A stretch of 63,885 bases of DNA, counting the filler, from Guillardia theta CCMP2712 (Eukaryota; Protista; Cryptophyta), in NCBI RefSeq assembly GCF_000315625.1. It is 6 parts of 6 records of this genome, joined end to end, with 100 filler letters (N's around TTAATTAATTAA, not from the genome) between each part and the next. Parts side by side here need not be neighbours in the genome. Positions count along the whole stretch, not along the records: positions 1 to 7,664 come from NW_005434364.1; positions 7,765 to 20,668 come from NW_005434597.1; 4 more parts are not named here. One strand, written 5' to 3'. How positions within the stretch are numbered: the first letter of the stretch is position 1; every line of letters starts with the position of its first letter. This document shows positions 1 through 12,475 of the stretch, one piece after another. Both the position numbers and the translations under genes were made by a program. The notes beneath the pieces were generated by a model. The model did not search any database. It had not been told where the DNA came from and was given only the letters and a program-made list of their open reading frames with translations.

Positions 1-2163
1 GAGTAGAGTAGAGGAGGGAAGAATCGAGAAAAGAATGAGACGGGGGAGGAGAGGGCCAGGAAGAGAGGGGAGAGGAGGAGAAAGGTAACCTTGTTGTTGT
101 ACTCCCTATGATGGAGGCCCGGGCGAACTACACGGATCCATCCAATGGGCTTCCCCTTGCTGTGAATTCGTAAGATGCTCATGAGGTATGTTCCTGGCTC
201 CTCGGTAACATACTACTACTCCTCCTCCTCCTCCTCCTCCTCCTCCTCCTCCTCCTCCTCCTCCTCCTCCTCCTCCTCCTCCTCCTCCTCCTCCTCCTCC
301 TCTCCCCCCCCCCCTGGCGCTCTCTCCCCTCAAACTCTCTTTCTCTATCTCCTGCCCTTCTCTCTTCCTGCCTCTTCGCTCTGCACTTACCGATCAGCGT
401 CCCAGTGCGTCCCAGCCCCGTGTCGCAGTGCACAGCCACCATCCCATCCGTGCTCTCGACCATCTTGATGAAGCGGAAGACGATCTGAGAAGGAGGGACA
501 GGACAGTCTTCGAAGTAGAGGTCCACCACCTCGATCCCGTTGTCCTGCTCGCACACATCAAGACACATTACCTCCGCTTCCTCTTCATCCCTCTCCTCCA
601 CATTCCCTCCCCACTCCTTTTCCTCCCTTCTCCCTCCCGCTCTCCTCCTCCAACTCATCTCATCCCCTCACCCACCTCACTCCCACTCCTCCCCTCGCTC
701 CTCCTCTTCCTCCTTACCGTGAAGATGATCGGGTCGTACTTCTCCTCGTTGAGACGAATAATGCACTTGACCCCCATCTCCTTGAACCGTCTCTAAGTAG
801 AACCGAGGATGAAACTAACGACCCGTCAGCCCCGCACCCTCCATCAGATTCGCTTCCTACCAATCGTACTGATCCTTCGTCCTGCCAGTCCGCATCGTTT
901 GCAAGCTTGTCCACCGGCCCCTGATGTCCTCGTCAACCTCCTCCTCCTCCTCCTCCTCCTTCCTCTCTCCTCTCCCTCGCTCCTCTACCTTCAGGGCAAC
1001 AAGCTTCTTTGGGATGATGACGTGCATGTCGCCGTTGTGCGGGTCGTCGTAGTGCTCGTACTCCTATCCTCATCGTCAGCTCGCACGCAGGCTGACAGCA
1101 AGTGAAACCTCCAGGTCGAAGCTGTCGGGGCTAATCCATCCTTGTCTCTGCACGAGGAAAGAGGAGCGTCAGCTTGCTTGTTCCCCGCCCCCTCCCTCTC
1201 CTTGTCTCCCTCCCTCCCTCCTCTCCCTCCCTCCATGCTCACCTGAGCCTTCTCAAGGCCCTGCCACACGTCCCGTAGCGTCAGCTCGAACTTAGTTTGG
1301 AGGAAGGAGGCTGCAGTAGCGGATCAGCGGAGCGTGGGCGGGGGATAGAGCAACGAACCATCACGGAAGGACTTGATGTGACTTGCAGGCAGCTTGAAGT
1401 GCGGCATCGTCAACCCGTCGCTCTCATGCTCGCGCTCGAGCACCTGCCAGCCCCCGTCAACCTCCGCAGCGAACCAGCAGCTGCACGTTACCAGGAAGCA
1501 ACCGAGCAAGAACGTGGTGTTGGTGCTGGAGTGCCTGTCGGGGGGGGAGCGAAGGACCACGATCTTGCAACCGCAGCAAGTCAGCCCCACACTCCAGCTC
1601 ATCTCCACCTCTCACCTTGTCAGGATGCTCTTGCAGGACCTCGGTGAGGTGCTTGCAGAATCGAGCTATCACGCTGCGGGTTCACATCAGCCCACAGGGC
1701 CCAGCAGGAGCAGGGAGGAGGAGAACCTGAGGTTCACAGGACCGAAGTCGTACGCGTATGGGAAGTAGACGAGGTGTTGCTCCATGTCCAGGAAGTAGTA
1801 CCTGCATGCTCACGTTAGAATGCTCGCGCACGAACAAGCGCCGCCATACCTGTCGGTCTGGTACTCCGCTGGAACTTTCTCGCAGACGATCATGGAGATG
1901 TCTGCAGCAACCTCGTATCTGCGACCAGGTCAGCACAGGCCCAGCTCGACTCTCCGATCGCGCACATGGCGTCAGTGAAGAGGTTCGAGGAGCTTTCCCT
2001 GGCCTTCTCGTCCATGACCATTTTGTCCAGCAGCTCGATCAATTCCTCGTCGCCCATTCCTGCAACAAGTTTCAGCCCTGTGCTCACAGACCGTAGTAGC
2101 CATGAGAGGGAGCGTTACCATGAACGGACCCTCTCCTCTCGTTCTCGCACTCGTCTTCATCAT
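1..2163 (-). CDS. CDC14-like dual-specificity phosphatase, copy A (multi-exon, 3' end runs off window)
   Basis: Spliced exons give YFLDMEQHLVYFPYAYDFGPVNL (Cdc14 N-domain), EMGVKCIIRLNEEKYD, DLYFEDCPVPP and VAVHCDTGLGRTGTLIG (P-loop 401-430). Start approximate. Confidence 0.85.
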
Positions 2164-4364
2164 CGTAGGTGGACATGATCTTGTCGGCCACATGGCTGGA
2201 AGAAATTCTGTTCCCGCAATAGAACGTATCCATGGTTCTGTTTGCACACGAGAAATTCAGAGTTGGGACGATCAGGGTTGGGAGCAGACGCGCATCAAAG
2301 CAGAGATCTCAACTTCTATTTTATCAGGCGTTAAATCTTGTACTCGACCAGCCTGAGCACATAACCTCCTTCACACCCTGCTCGCCTTGCTACTCAGCTC
2401 ATCCATAATGATTTGCATCATCAAATGAAATCGCCATCAAATTATATCACATCTTCTCCAAAACATAACGTGGGAGAACATCGTCACTATCAAATCGCAA
2501 AATCTGGTGTCCGATCAATGCTCACTATTTCCCATCACGGCTTCCCACCCTGTCAGTCCTCTCGAATCCTCCTTGCCTGTGGCTGCTTTGTATTCTATTC
2601 TTCCTCCTCTTCTCATCATTCATCGCTCATATTTCTCTACAAACTCATTCTCATCCTGTTCCTGCTCCTCTCCTATGTTCCCTCTCTTCCTGATCCCCCT
2701 GCTCCCCCTTCTCCTCCTGCTCCTGCTCCTGCTCCTGTTCCTCTCCCCTCTCCCCTCTCCCCTCTCTCCCCTCTTCTCTCTCCCCTCTCCTCTCCCCTCT
2801 CTCTTCTCTCTCCTCTCTCCTCTCTCCTCTCTCCCCTCTCTCCTTCGCTTCGCTCATCACGAGCTTGTGTCAGTCCATCTTTTGCTTCTTGCCACAGTGC
2901 CCACCCCCCATACCCAAGAACCCCATCGGTTGATGAGCAATCCATAACCCACCCTACTTTTCACCTCTGAGTACCCCCATATTCTCCTGACCTATCACCC
3001 TCCAGCCGTGATTTGCTCCACCCTACCCCCTGCTCATCCACTCCAACTTTTCCTAGCCTCATGACCCGTGACAGTAAAACGTTCTCCACCACCCTACCCG
3101 CTTTCCTGAAGAGTTTGTCATACCACCCCATTTTTCCCCCCTGTGAAAACCACCCACCCAAAGACCACAAAGTACCCTACCTTGAACCACCCATTCCCTA
3201 CTTTGCCCGTTTTGGAGTCGGCCAGTCTGCTACCCACCGGTCATCTGAGTACCCTACCCCTCCCTAATGTTCTGGTATCCGCATACAAGCACGATTACTA
3301 CACATTTTCGGACTTGCGTCCCTACAGCCTCTTCGTCAACATAGAACACCCCACCCCCCAGAGAACAGGTAGCACCACCCCACCCCCAGATAATTCTAGG
3401 ACATCTACGTTTGCTGGTCTGTTTGACCCCTCAAAAGCTCACAGAAGAAGGTACCCTTGACACCACCCCTACCCCCCTATCACAGCATAAAAACTCTACC
3501 CCGTGGTCCTCATTTTTGTTACGGGGGTAGCACAACAAAAAGATATTTTAACCCTCGCAGCCTGTAGGGGTCCACTGGTACAAGAGATTACAAAGGTAGT
3601 TTTAAACATCTTCGTAAAGGAGTTTTTCCAAAGATTTTGTATCCGGATATCTCAGTATGCTCGAAACGATCAAAATTAGCAACGTTTCGGCTCCTCGCTC
3701 CGAATCAATCGGCCACATGGTCCGTGATCACGAGACTCATCCGCCAGTGAGGACTCATAACCTGACTGACTTCCGACCTCTATAGACCGGACCACAGGTC
3801 AGTGAGCAAGGTCTGACTGCCGTGACTGAGTCCGGGCCCGAGGCCCGGCGCAGCTCCGGGCCTGAAGGGTAAAAGTTGCCAGTCGGCCGTTAGGGCTGTG
3901 GATACCGGCTGACATTTAAATAAGTTATAGCCTGGATTATAAAATACAAATAGATGTCATCAAAGTGGCTTCAATGCACAGGACCTGCGCCTCTTTATAG
4001 TGCGACTCTTTCGGTTTGACCACCCCACCCCCACCCCCCACCCCTCTCCCCCTCTTTAGCCCACTAGGGAACAGTCGGAGGCTGTTGTAAACTCGGTACT
4101 GTTTTTTACTAGTCCTTTTAAACTGGTCCCTGTAAACTCTCCGCAGTTGCGGCCTCAAAAGGATCCTGTGCCCTTGGGACCCGAGCAAGCGGCTCGTCCT
4201 CCCCTCGTTGCTCGTCGCCCTTTTGCTCCTCCTGCACCTTGCCCTTACACGCCAGCTCCTGTTTTCACCAATCTACACTCTGTTCACACCTCCGCTCCCT
4301 GCCTCCCCCAGCTCCTCTCTGGCAACACTCCAGCAAACAAGCTCTTCCTGTCGTGTCAAGCACC

Positions 4365-6983
4365 ATGAAGCGAGAGTTCAGCTCTGGTTCCGGCAGATTC
4401 AAAGTCTCTTCGGAAGATTTCTTCCTGGACGACATCGCCGAAGGTGCTGTCCGTGCCTTGTACATCGAGCCTGTTTGACCCCAAGCGCAGCCGATGAAGT
4501 CGACATCGAAACGTGCAGCTCGCGCCCGAGACCTTTCTGGCTCTCCGGCAACATGTGATCCGAGCATGTCCTTGTCTCCTGGTGGATGACGATCATCAAT
4601 GCCACAGGATTCCGATCGCAGACCGGATTTCCTTCGTGGGCTGCTCGATCCCTCCGAGCAACGAAGATGACAGGTGAAGCTCCTCTTCCTCGTGTGGTCT
4701 CCATGTCATGCTCATCCTGCAGCCTTGTCTTCGTCGACATGGAAAATTTCCTGGTGTACTACCCGTTCGCCTACGACTTTGGCCCCGTCAATCTTGGGTA
4801 CTGGCGTCAAGGCCTACATGATGTCTCAAGTGATGTTGTACGCCTTCTTCAGCTCCATCCACCACTTTGTCGTCCACCTCAACACAGTTCTCGAGCGCCA
4901 TCCGGATCAGGTTTGCATCACAGCTCTTGTATCGTTTCGCAGCCTCTGACGGTTCTGGTTCAGTGGATCGTGTTGAGGTGTGCACCGGACATGCAAGTGG
5001 TAACCAACGCCGTCATGATGATCGGAGCGTACCTGGTGAGCATACATGCTCGAAGTGACCGAGGTTGGCTGACGTCATGCAGATCGTAGAGGGGATCTCA
5101 GAGCCCGACAACGTGTTCTCCGAAGAGCTCAACGAGGAAACAAGAAACTTGCTTCCATACCATGACGGTGAGATCTCCTGTCGACATGTGCAAGGGTGTG
5201 ACTGTCCTGTACAGCTACCTACTTGCCGACCTCCTTCACCATCTCAGTGGAGGACGTGTGGGCGGGGCTAGCGAAGGCCATGGTGAGAACCAGTGCTAGT
5301 GTTGGGAGCAAGCTTACAGAGCATGCAGAAGCAAGGATGGTTCAGTGTGGGTGGCTCAGAGCATGAGGGCTTTGACTGCGAGGTAAGACGAGACGTTGAT
5401 GGATACCGAAGCTCCTTCTAAGCTCTCTTGTCAGGAGTACGATCACTATGACGACCCTTGCAACGGTGACCTGCATCGCATCATCCCGGACAAGCTCATC
5501 GCATTCAAGGTCTAGCCTCCTCCCTCTCCGCTCCTCCTCCCTTTCTGCTCCTCCTCCCTCTCTGCTCCTCCTTCCCCTCTGCTCCTCCTCCCTCTCCGCT
5601 CCTCCCTCCCTGTCCACATGCTCACTTGAAGGTCCAGGGGCCTGTGGATCACATGCACAACCGAGACTGGTTTGATGAGAACTATGTCAGGATGGTGAGC
5701 CGTCTACAACCTGCCGGTCCTCCTCTGACGATGCGAGCCAGTTCCATCCGAGGTTCTTCGTTGATGTCTTCAAGGAGATGGATGTGAAGTGTGTCATCCG
5801 GCTCAATGGGCCCAAGTACGACAAGGAGACGTTCGAGGTAGCTCCTCTCTCCTCCCCTCATCTCTTCTCTCCTCCCCTCGTCTCTTCTCTCCTCCCCTCG
5901 TCTTCTCTCCCTCTCCTGTTCCCCTCTCCTCTCTTCGCCTCCTCCCTAACACACCTCTCCTTGGCCCTCGTTCTGATTCATCGGCAGGAGAACGGCATCA
6001 AGGTCGTTGACATCTTCCTCGAAGACAATGCTGTTCCCTCCACCCACATCCTACATCGCTTCCTGCAAGCCGTTGAGCTCGCCGATGGACTCGTTGCTGT
6101 CCACTGCGACAATGGGCTAGGAAGGACGGGCACCATGATAGGTGCTGCCCTCCTTCACCACCTCCACCTCCAACACCACTACCTCTTGCTCCTCCTGCTC
6201 CTCCTCCTCCTCACATGGACTTTCAGCGGCCTACCTCATTGCTTTCCGTGGATTCACTGCCCGTGAGGCTATCGGGTGGATGCGTCTGGCTCGCCCAGGG
6301 TCTGTCATCGGAGTACAGCAAGAGGTACACAAATCTTGTTTGCCCTCCACCCCTGACAAGACAGCAGTTCCTCGTCGAGCGAGAGTTCGCCCTGCAACGG
6401 GCTGGCTTCGTAATGAAGTCTAGGTACAGCGGCTGCTCCTGACGTCCTCCTCCTCCTGACCATGACCTCCCAGGTCCTCCAAGTTCATCCTTGATGCCGG
6501 TTTAGACGGGGATCTCAAGGTGCTCAGTTCTGTTCATCCTCTCTCGAGGTATGTTGCTGCTCCCGCTCCCTCCCTGCTCCCTCCTCACCCTGTTGGAAAC
6601 AGTCTGGACCATGAACCCGAGGGGACTGGAAACGAAAGGAAAATCCCTGGCATCAGCGAAGTAAACCAGCCTCCTTCCTGATCTTTCTTCGTTGCTCAAC
6701 CTGTGTTCCTCTCCCTGCCATGACTTGTCCTCCTTCTACCTAGCTCACCCTCTCCTCCTCCTGCTCGACTTGTCCTCCTTCTACCTAGCTCATCCTCTCC
6801 TTCTCTCTGTCATGACTTGTCCTCCTTCTACCTAGCTCACCCTCTCCTCCTCCCTGCCATGACTTGTCCTCCTTCTACCTAGCTCACCGTCTCCTCCTCT
6901 CTGCCATGACTTTTCTCACTCTCTTCTCTCAGACTCGCTTCGCTCCTCCGGCCAGGCGTTCATAGCACGCAGCTGCTTCGTAA
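4365..6983 (+). CDS. CDC14-like dual-specificity phosphatase, copy B (multi-exon)
   Basis: FVDMENFLVYYPFAYDFGPVNLG, NGDLHRIIPDKLIAFK, MDVKCVIRLNGPKYDK, VAVHCDNGLGRTGTMIG (6102-6131), FTAREAIGWMRLARPGSVIGVQQ. 3' end approximate. Confidence 0.88.
6715..6912. repeat. ~46-bp tandem repeat (about 4 copies) in the last intron of CDC14 copy B
   Basis: Recurring catgacttgtcctccttctacctagctcaccctctcctcc unit. Confidence 0.85.
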
Positions 6984-7279
6984 CCATTCGAGCTACTTTG
7001 TGTATAGATAAACCATCACCCCTTTGAAATACCCACCCACCCTCTCAATTATTCAAATTTCCTACCACAAGGAAGTCGATTGGAGGGGTGGTACTCAGTA
7101 CCCCCCTCATCCCCAACCCCCGTTCTTCAGTCTCCAGCAGCAAAATGGCAGACCTGTTCGAAAGGTACGCCAGGAAGAAGATGAAGAGGAGGGAGGGATG
7201 GATGTGAAGCAGGAAACGTTCACTCCTCCTCCTCCTCCTCCTCCTCCTCCTCCTCCGTTGTTCCTTCTTCTCCTCCTCC

Positions 7280-7544
7280 TCATTCCCACAACCAGACAAG
7301 GAAAGGGAGGATGGGAGAGGAGACGCTGACATGACTCGCTCAGGATCAAGAGGGCTGTAAGGAGGATTGAAAGTCGTTCGCACCCTGATAGAAGTCGACT
7401 TGACGTGTGTGAAAGTCGCCTTGTTCGTTTGATTCTTGCCCATGAGGTTTTGTTCACAGGAACATGCGGAGAGCTTGAGAGAAGTCGCTGGTAAGCTGGA
7501 AACAAGACGAGAGGATCGAAGGGACAGAGGAGACGATAGACAAG

Positions 7545-7604
<60 letters not shown>

Positions 7605-10600
7605 CTGATACACACGCTGAGATAAAGCGAGAGATCAGAAAGGAGTGGTTGAGGTGGGTGGGGTNNNNNNNNNNNNNNNNNNNNNNNNNNNNNNNNNNNN
7701 NNNNNNNNTTAATTAATTAANNNNNNNNNNNNNNNNNNNNNNNNNNNNNNNNNNNNNNNNNNNNAAGCTGGTCGGAGGGCAAATTATTTGCCATCTCTGC
7801 GTAGTCTTCTCAATAAACATGTTGGAGGACTCAACAAGCTCTGGAAGAGCGAACATGGGAGCTTCAATCTGCAGGGTCAATGTCAGAAAGGCTCCTTCTC
7901 CCCCCCCCCTTTCCTCCTGCTCCTGCTCTTGCTCCTGCTCCTGCTCCTGCTCCTTGCCCATCTTCCTCCCCTATCCTACTTCTTACAAACCTCGTCTGGG
8001 TTCTGACTGGTCAGCCCTCGCAAGCACTGCCGCAGGTTCGTAGGCAGGGAGACTCTTCCTTCCCCATACCGCAAGGGCACCAGGTCTGACTCGACGTCTC
8101 TCTCCTCCACTGCTGCCTGCCGGGCGAAGCAGTTCTCAAGCTCGCTCTCCTCCACCTGGTAGGGAACGAGACCATCGTCGCTGTCGCTGTCGCCGTCGTC
8201 GATGAGGTGACTTGCACGTGCTGCTGGTCCTCCAGCCTCCTCCTCGTCCGTGCACGAGTCACTGCCTCCCTCCTCCTCGCTCTCGCTCTCGCTAGCGCTC
8301 GACAAGATGATCCGATCCGGGTCCTGACATGCCTGCCACTTCCTGCGGCCACTTGTCTGCTGCCGTCTCCTCTTCGGTCTCGTCTTCTTCTTCTTCTCCT
8401 TGTCCTCCTCCACTGTAACCTCCCCGTCATTCGGCTGCCCCTGAGAAATACTCCCATTCCTCCCCTTTCTTTCGTCCTGGTGTGGCTCGGAAGCATCCTG
8501 AGCATGCGGCAGGGACGATGCCTCGTCCTCCTCGAACTTGATGGGGTTGTCTGGGTTCCAGATGATGGAGAACTGCTCGGCGAGTTGCATTCCGTGCCGG
8601 CGCATCCAGTCCACGTGCCCTGCAAGCCGCAGCTGATGACCGATGTCAGCCAACATGAGCGACCACAAGGTTGTCAGCTGGGAAGAGAAGGAGGGGGACT
8701 TATATCCGATGTGATGGCAGAGGAAGCAGAGGCATCGGCTGAAGGATCAGAAGCAGGAGAACCGAGAGGAGAAACGCAAGGCGGAGGGAGATCAAGAGGA
8801 AACAGGGGGCAGGGGCAGGGGCAGGGGCAGGGGCAGGGGCAGGGGCAGGGGCAGGGGCAGGGGCAGGGGCAGGGGAAGGGGAAGGGGCAGGGGCAGGGGC
8901 AGGGGCAGGGGAAGGGGAAGGGGCAGGGGCAGGGGCAGGGGCAGGGGCAGGGGCAGGGGCAGGGGCAGGGGCAGGGGAAGGGGCAGGGGCGGAAGTTTCT
9001 AAGATGCTGGACCTGGATAGCTTCCAAGACAAACGTGACAACCTGAGCCTCCTCGATGGCTGCTCGGCCTCCCATCGCATGCTGGAGTTGGAGGGTCAGG
9101 ACAAGAAGCGGCAAGAAGGAGGTCATCACCAAACATCGGACGAGCAACCAGAAGACCCGAGACTGGTGCTCCTCGTCCCTCGTCTTAGTGTAGCTCTCGC
9201 TGGCAAACAGCTCTGACAGAGATCTCGTGACCGCATACAAGTTGCTTCGCTTCCCTTCGTACCGACTCATCTGTGAATGTGATGTGATCAGTACAAACCC
9301 CAGCACTCCCCTCCCCCTTCCCCTCCCTCTACTCCTCTTTCTCTGCCTGTCTGCCTGTTGGTCTCCTTCCTGCCCTCCACTTTCTCTCTCTCTCCTCCCA
9401 CCCACTCGCTCCTGACTCTCACTCTCTCGCTTACCTCAAGATAGTCTGTGCTCAAGACCATGAGCAAGATTCGTTCTTTACAACCTCTCTGCAGCGAGAC
9501 TCGATTGATCATGAGCTCTCGGAACAGCAGGTCTCGCACTCGCTCGTCCTCGAAGCACATCGGAGCCACCAGGTCAACAACGAGTGAGTTCACCCTGCCC
9601 TCTCCGAGCGTCGGCCTTTCTCCGACCAGGTCGCTGGGAGCGGAAGAGATGAGGTGGTGCAGGAAGGTGTCGAGGTGACGAGATTTGAGGTTGCCCAGGA
9701 TGTTTCGAGCGATGATGATCGACCTCCGCTTGTTGTACTTGCTCAACGTCTCCTCTACCATCCGCTTCTTTGCCGTCACTTCATCAACAATAGAGGATGA
9801 AACCTTGCTCCCTTCCTCCGGCCCCTTGTCCTCCTCCGCCACCACCAGGTGCCTCAACAGCCAAGTCGCCGATAGCTGAGACTGTCCGGTGATCGCCATC
9901 TTCCCGAAGAGAGAACCGGCGAAAGCAAGGCAAGGCTTCAAGGCTACGAGCGAGTCCTCGTCCTCTTCGCCGACTTGAATTGGGGTTTCTTCGAGGAAAC
10001 GGAGACAGGCTGTTAGGAGGAAAGGAAAGTATTCCTTGGGGTGGAAGAACTTGGGGACCTTTCCGTCGAGTTTATTGCCGATGCGATCCGGCAGAGACAC
10101 TAGCACCTGAGCATCGTCAAGGCGTGAGGCACAGACGTCACAGGGTCACCTGCTCAGCATCCTCCTCGTTCTCCCCGGCAGCACTCTGGTCCATCAAGTC
10201 TCGCATGAAGTTTGTGATCCCCCCCGAGGAGAACCATGTTTGAATGAGGTTGCAGTGGTAGCTTCCTCGTATTTGTCAGATCTCCTCAGCTCGTTCTTGT
10301 CTCAACTCACTTGATAGTAAACGAGTTCCCACTCTGCTTCAGCGCGTTGTTGAGGCCCAGAAGGGAGGGACCGGCACCCTCGATGAACCTGCAGCAGCGG
10401 GTGACCAGACAAGCTCGTTACTGCACCAAGGATATCATCACTTGCTGATGAAGAATACATCGTAACACTTGCTCCGCTCCTCCTCGCTCAGCAGTGAGAG
10501 GTAGTTCTCTCCGATCTACAAGGCGATCATCCCCCAGAGGGTTGGGACAAGGCAAACCTTGCTAGAGAGCTTGACGATGAAGGGGATGTAGCGTCTGAGA

Positions 10601-10864
10601 CAGAAGAACTCTCTCCTGCGTTCCTCGTCCTCTGCTCGATCCATCAGGCAAGGAAGCAAGATGACAACTCTCACTGTCTGACACCAGCCCAGCCAACTTG
10701 CTGAGACTCTCCAGCTCCTGTACCAGGGTCGAGAGGGAGGAGGAGGCGGAGGAAGCCGGTACTAACAAGGAGGGAGAAGGAGATGATGACGACGAAAAGG
10801 AGGAGGAGACAGAAGCATGGCGAACGATGCGGTCGATTGCCGACGCATGTATCGCTGCCGCCAT
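7280..10864 (-). CDS. TELO2: TEL2/TELO2 (TTT complex PIKK co-chaperone), multi-exon, interrupted by an assembly gap
   Basis: LPDRIGNKLDGKVPKFFHPKEYF resembles TELO2 LPDRLGNRL..FFPQNYF. DSDSDDGLVPY matches the CK2/PIH1-binding DSDD motif, followed by PTNLRQCLRGL. KRTRR near 7420. 3' end uncertain. Confidence 0.8.
7665..7764. other. Assembly spacer N-TTAATTAATTAA-N (also 20669-20768, 28196-28295, 57953-58052, 61194-61293)
   Basis: An identical 12-mer with stops in all six frames, centred in a 100-nt N block. Confidence 0.97.
8803..8991. repeat. (GGGGCA)n/(GGGGAA) hexamer microsatellite in a TELO2 intron
   Basis: Direct reading; gives spurious poly-GQ/CP ORFs. Confidence 0.95.
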
Positions 10865-11561
10865 TGCGACTGCTGAGAAAAGGCAGCAAAAAATCCCTAA
10901 GGCACCAATTAGACTGAGACTAGGGCAGAAATTTTGCTCGCTCAGCAAGGTAGGCCTTTTGGTGGTCATAGACAAGGGGGGTGGGTGGGACGGTACAATT
11001 AGTTAGTAGGGGTGGAGGGAAATTAGTATGAAAAGGAGGGGTCTTCAATATTGTAAAAGGGTGGAGGGGGGTTGGAATACGGGTTTCGAGAACTTCGGCG
11101 ATGGAAATCTCCTAGGAGGAGAGAGGAGAGGAGAGGAGAGGAGAGGAGAGGAGAGGAGAGGAGAGGAGAGGATAGGATAGGAGGAGATGTGCGGTGAGGT
11201 GAGGTGAGGAGGCGAGTAGAGAACGGAGGGGAAACGAACAAGGGGAAGGAGGAGGACACAGGGAANNNNNNNNNNNNNNNNNNNNNNNNNNNNNNNNNNN
11301 NNNNNNNNNNNNNNNNNNNNNNNNNNNNNNNNNNNNNNNNNNNNNNNNNNNNNNNNNNNNNNNNNTAAACCAGAGAAAATAGGGAACACGGAAAATATGG
11401 ATAAGAGAAAGGCAAGCAAAAAATCAAGAAGGGAAAGGAAGATTGTGAGGGGGCAATGGACCGCAAGTCAGTCATAGGAGTTGAGGTGTATAACAGTGAT
11501 TAGATCATGCCATAGCTGGTTACGGTTTGACGCATGGACCCTCACTGATGTTCCCTCGCAG

Positions 11562-12398
11562 ATGTCATCCATCAAGGAGATTGAAGAGGACATCCAGGAG
11601 CTCAAGACTCTGTTGAGGTCCTCCAAGCGTCCAAGAATCTCCAACATGTTGCAAACGCACCTGAAGAGCATGGAGGAGCTCGCGTCGGCCTGGAATCAAC
11701 AGGCTGCCAGTATGAAGACCGCGCACGAGCAAGAAATCAAACATCTCAAGGATCAGCAGCAAGCTCAGGCCAAGTCGCAGCCTCTCACCCCAGCTGTCAG
11801 CCAGCAGACCAACGGCTTGTCGACAACGACAGACTCCAACAGCGCTGAGCATCCGGCGGCTCCTGCAAAGGCCTCGGGCCCTCCACCCCAGAAGCTCCCT
11901 AACGCTCCCACGTCGAGTGGCGTGACGACGGCGTACAAGGACTTTGAGAGCCTCATGTTCCTGACTGACGAGTACAACTCACCCACCGTAACTGTCTACC
12001 TGGAGCTGAAGAACGTGGGGGAATTCAAGGACAAGGTCCAGTGCGAGTTCTTCGTGGATCGGGTGGACGTGAAGGTGTTAGATATCAACGGTGTGAACTA
12101 CAGGCGGCACATCACCAACTTGTACAAGGACATCGTGCCTGACGAGAGCTCGTTCAAGGTGAAGAAGAACAGGATCGAGCTGACGCTGAAGAAGGTGAAG
12201 GGAGAGTACTCCTACGAGACGTGGAACGAGCTGTGCAGCAAGAAGCGACGCGACCGGGAGAAGCAGCGAGATCCGATGAACAGCATCATGGAGCTGATGC
12301 AGGACATGTACGAGGAGGGCGATGACAACACGAGGAAGATGATCGGTGAGGCGATGATGAAATCAAGACAGGGGAAGAACAACGGGATGGACATGTAG
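11562..12398 (+). CDS. CACYBP: Calcyclin-binding protein / Siah-interacting protein (N-terminal helical, CS and SGS domains)
   Basis: N-terminal EDIQELKTLLRSSKRPRI, CS domain (VTVYLELKNV...NLYKDIVPDESSFKVKKNRIELTLKK) and SGS tail DPMNSIMELMQDMYEEGDDNTRKMIGEA. Intronless ORF. Confidence 0.92.
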   Translation: MSSIKEIEEDIQELKTLLRSSKRPRISNMLQTHLKSMEELASAWNQQAASMKTAHEQEIKHLKDQQQAQAKSQPLTPAVSQQTNGLSTTTDSNSAEHPAAPAKASGPPPQKLPNAPTSSGVTTAYKDFESLMFLTDEYNSPTVTVYLELKNVGEFKDKVQCEFFVDRVDVKVLDINGVNYRRHITNLYKDIVPDESSFKVKKNRIELTLKKVKGEYSYETWNELCSKKRRDREKQRDPMNSIMELMQDMYEEGDDNTRKMIGEAMMKSRQGKNNGMDM

Positions 12399-12475
12399 AG
12401 ATCTTCTCCCACAAGCAAACATCCGCCACATGCTGTCAATGAAGGAATCAAAGATAACCTTCGCTCTGACATCCC

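Noticed and set aside
88-200. Frameshifts in the last visible exon of CDC14 copy A (pseudogene?)
   Set aside because: Several single-base additions, mostly in homopolymers next to a long (CCT)n tract, fit low-quality reads. Removing them restores FTAREAIGWIRVVRPGSIIGVQQ.
7709-7720. TTAATTAATTAA repeated five times as a biological motif
   Set aside because: It is always centred in a 100-nt N block, so it is a scaffolding linker. Adjacency across it is not guaranteed.
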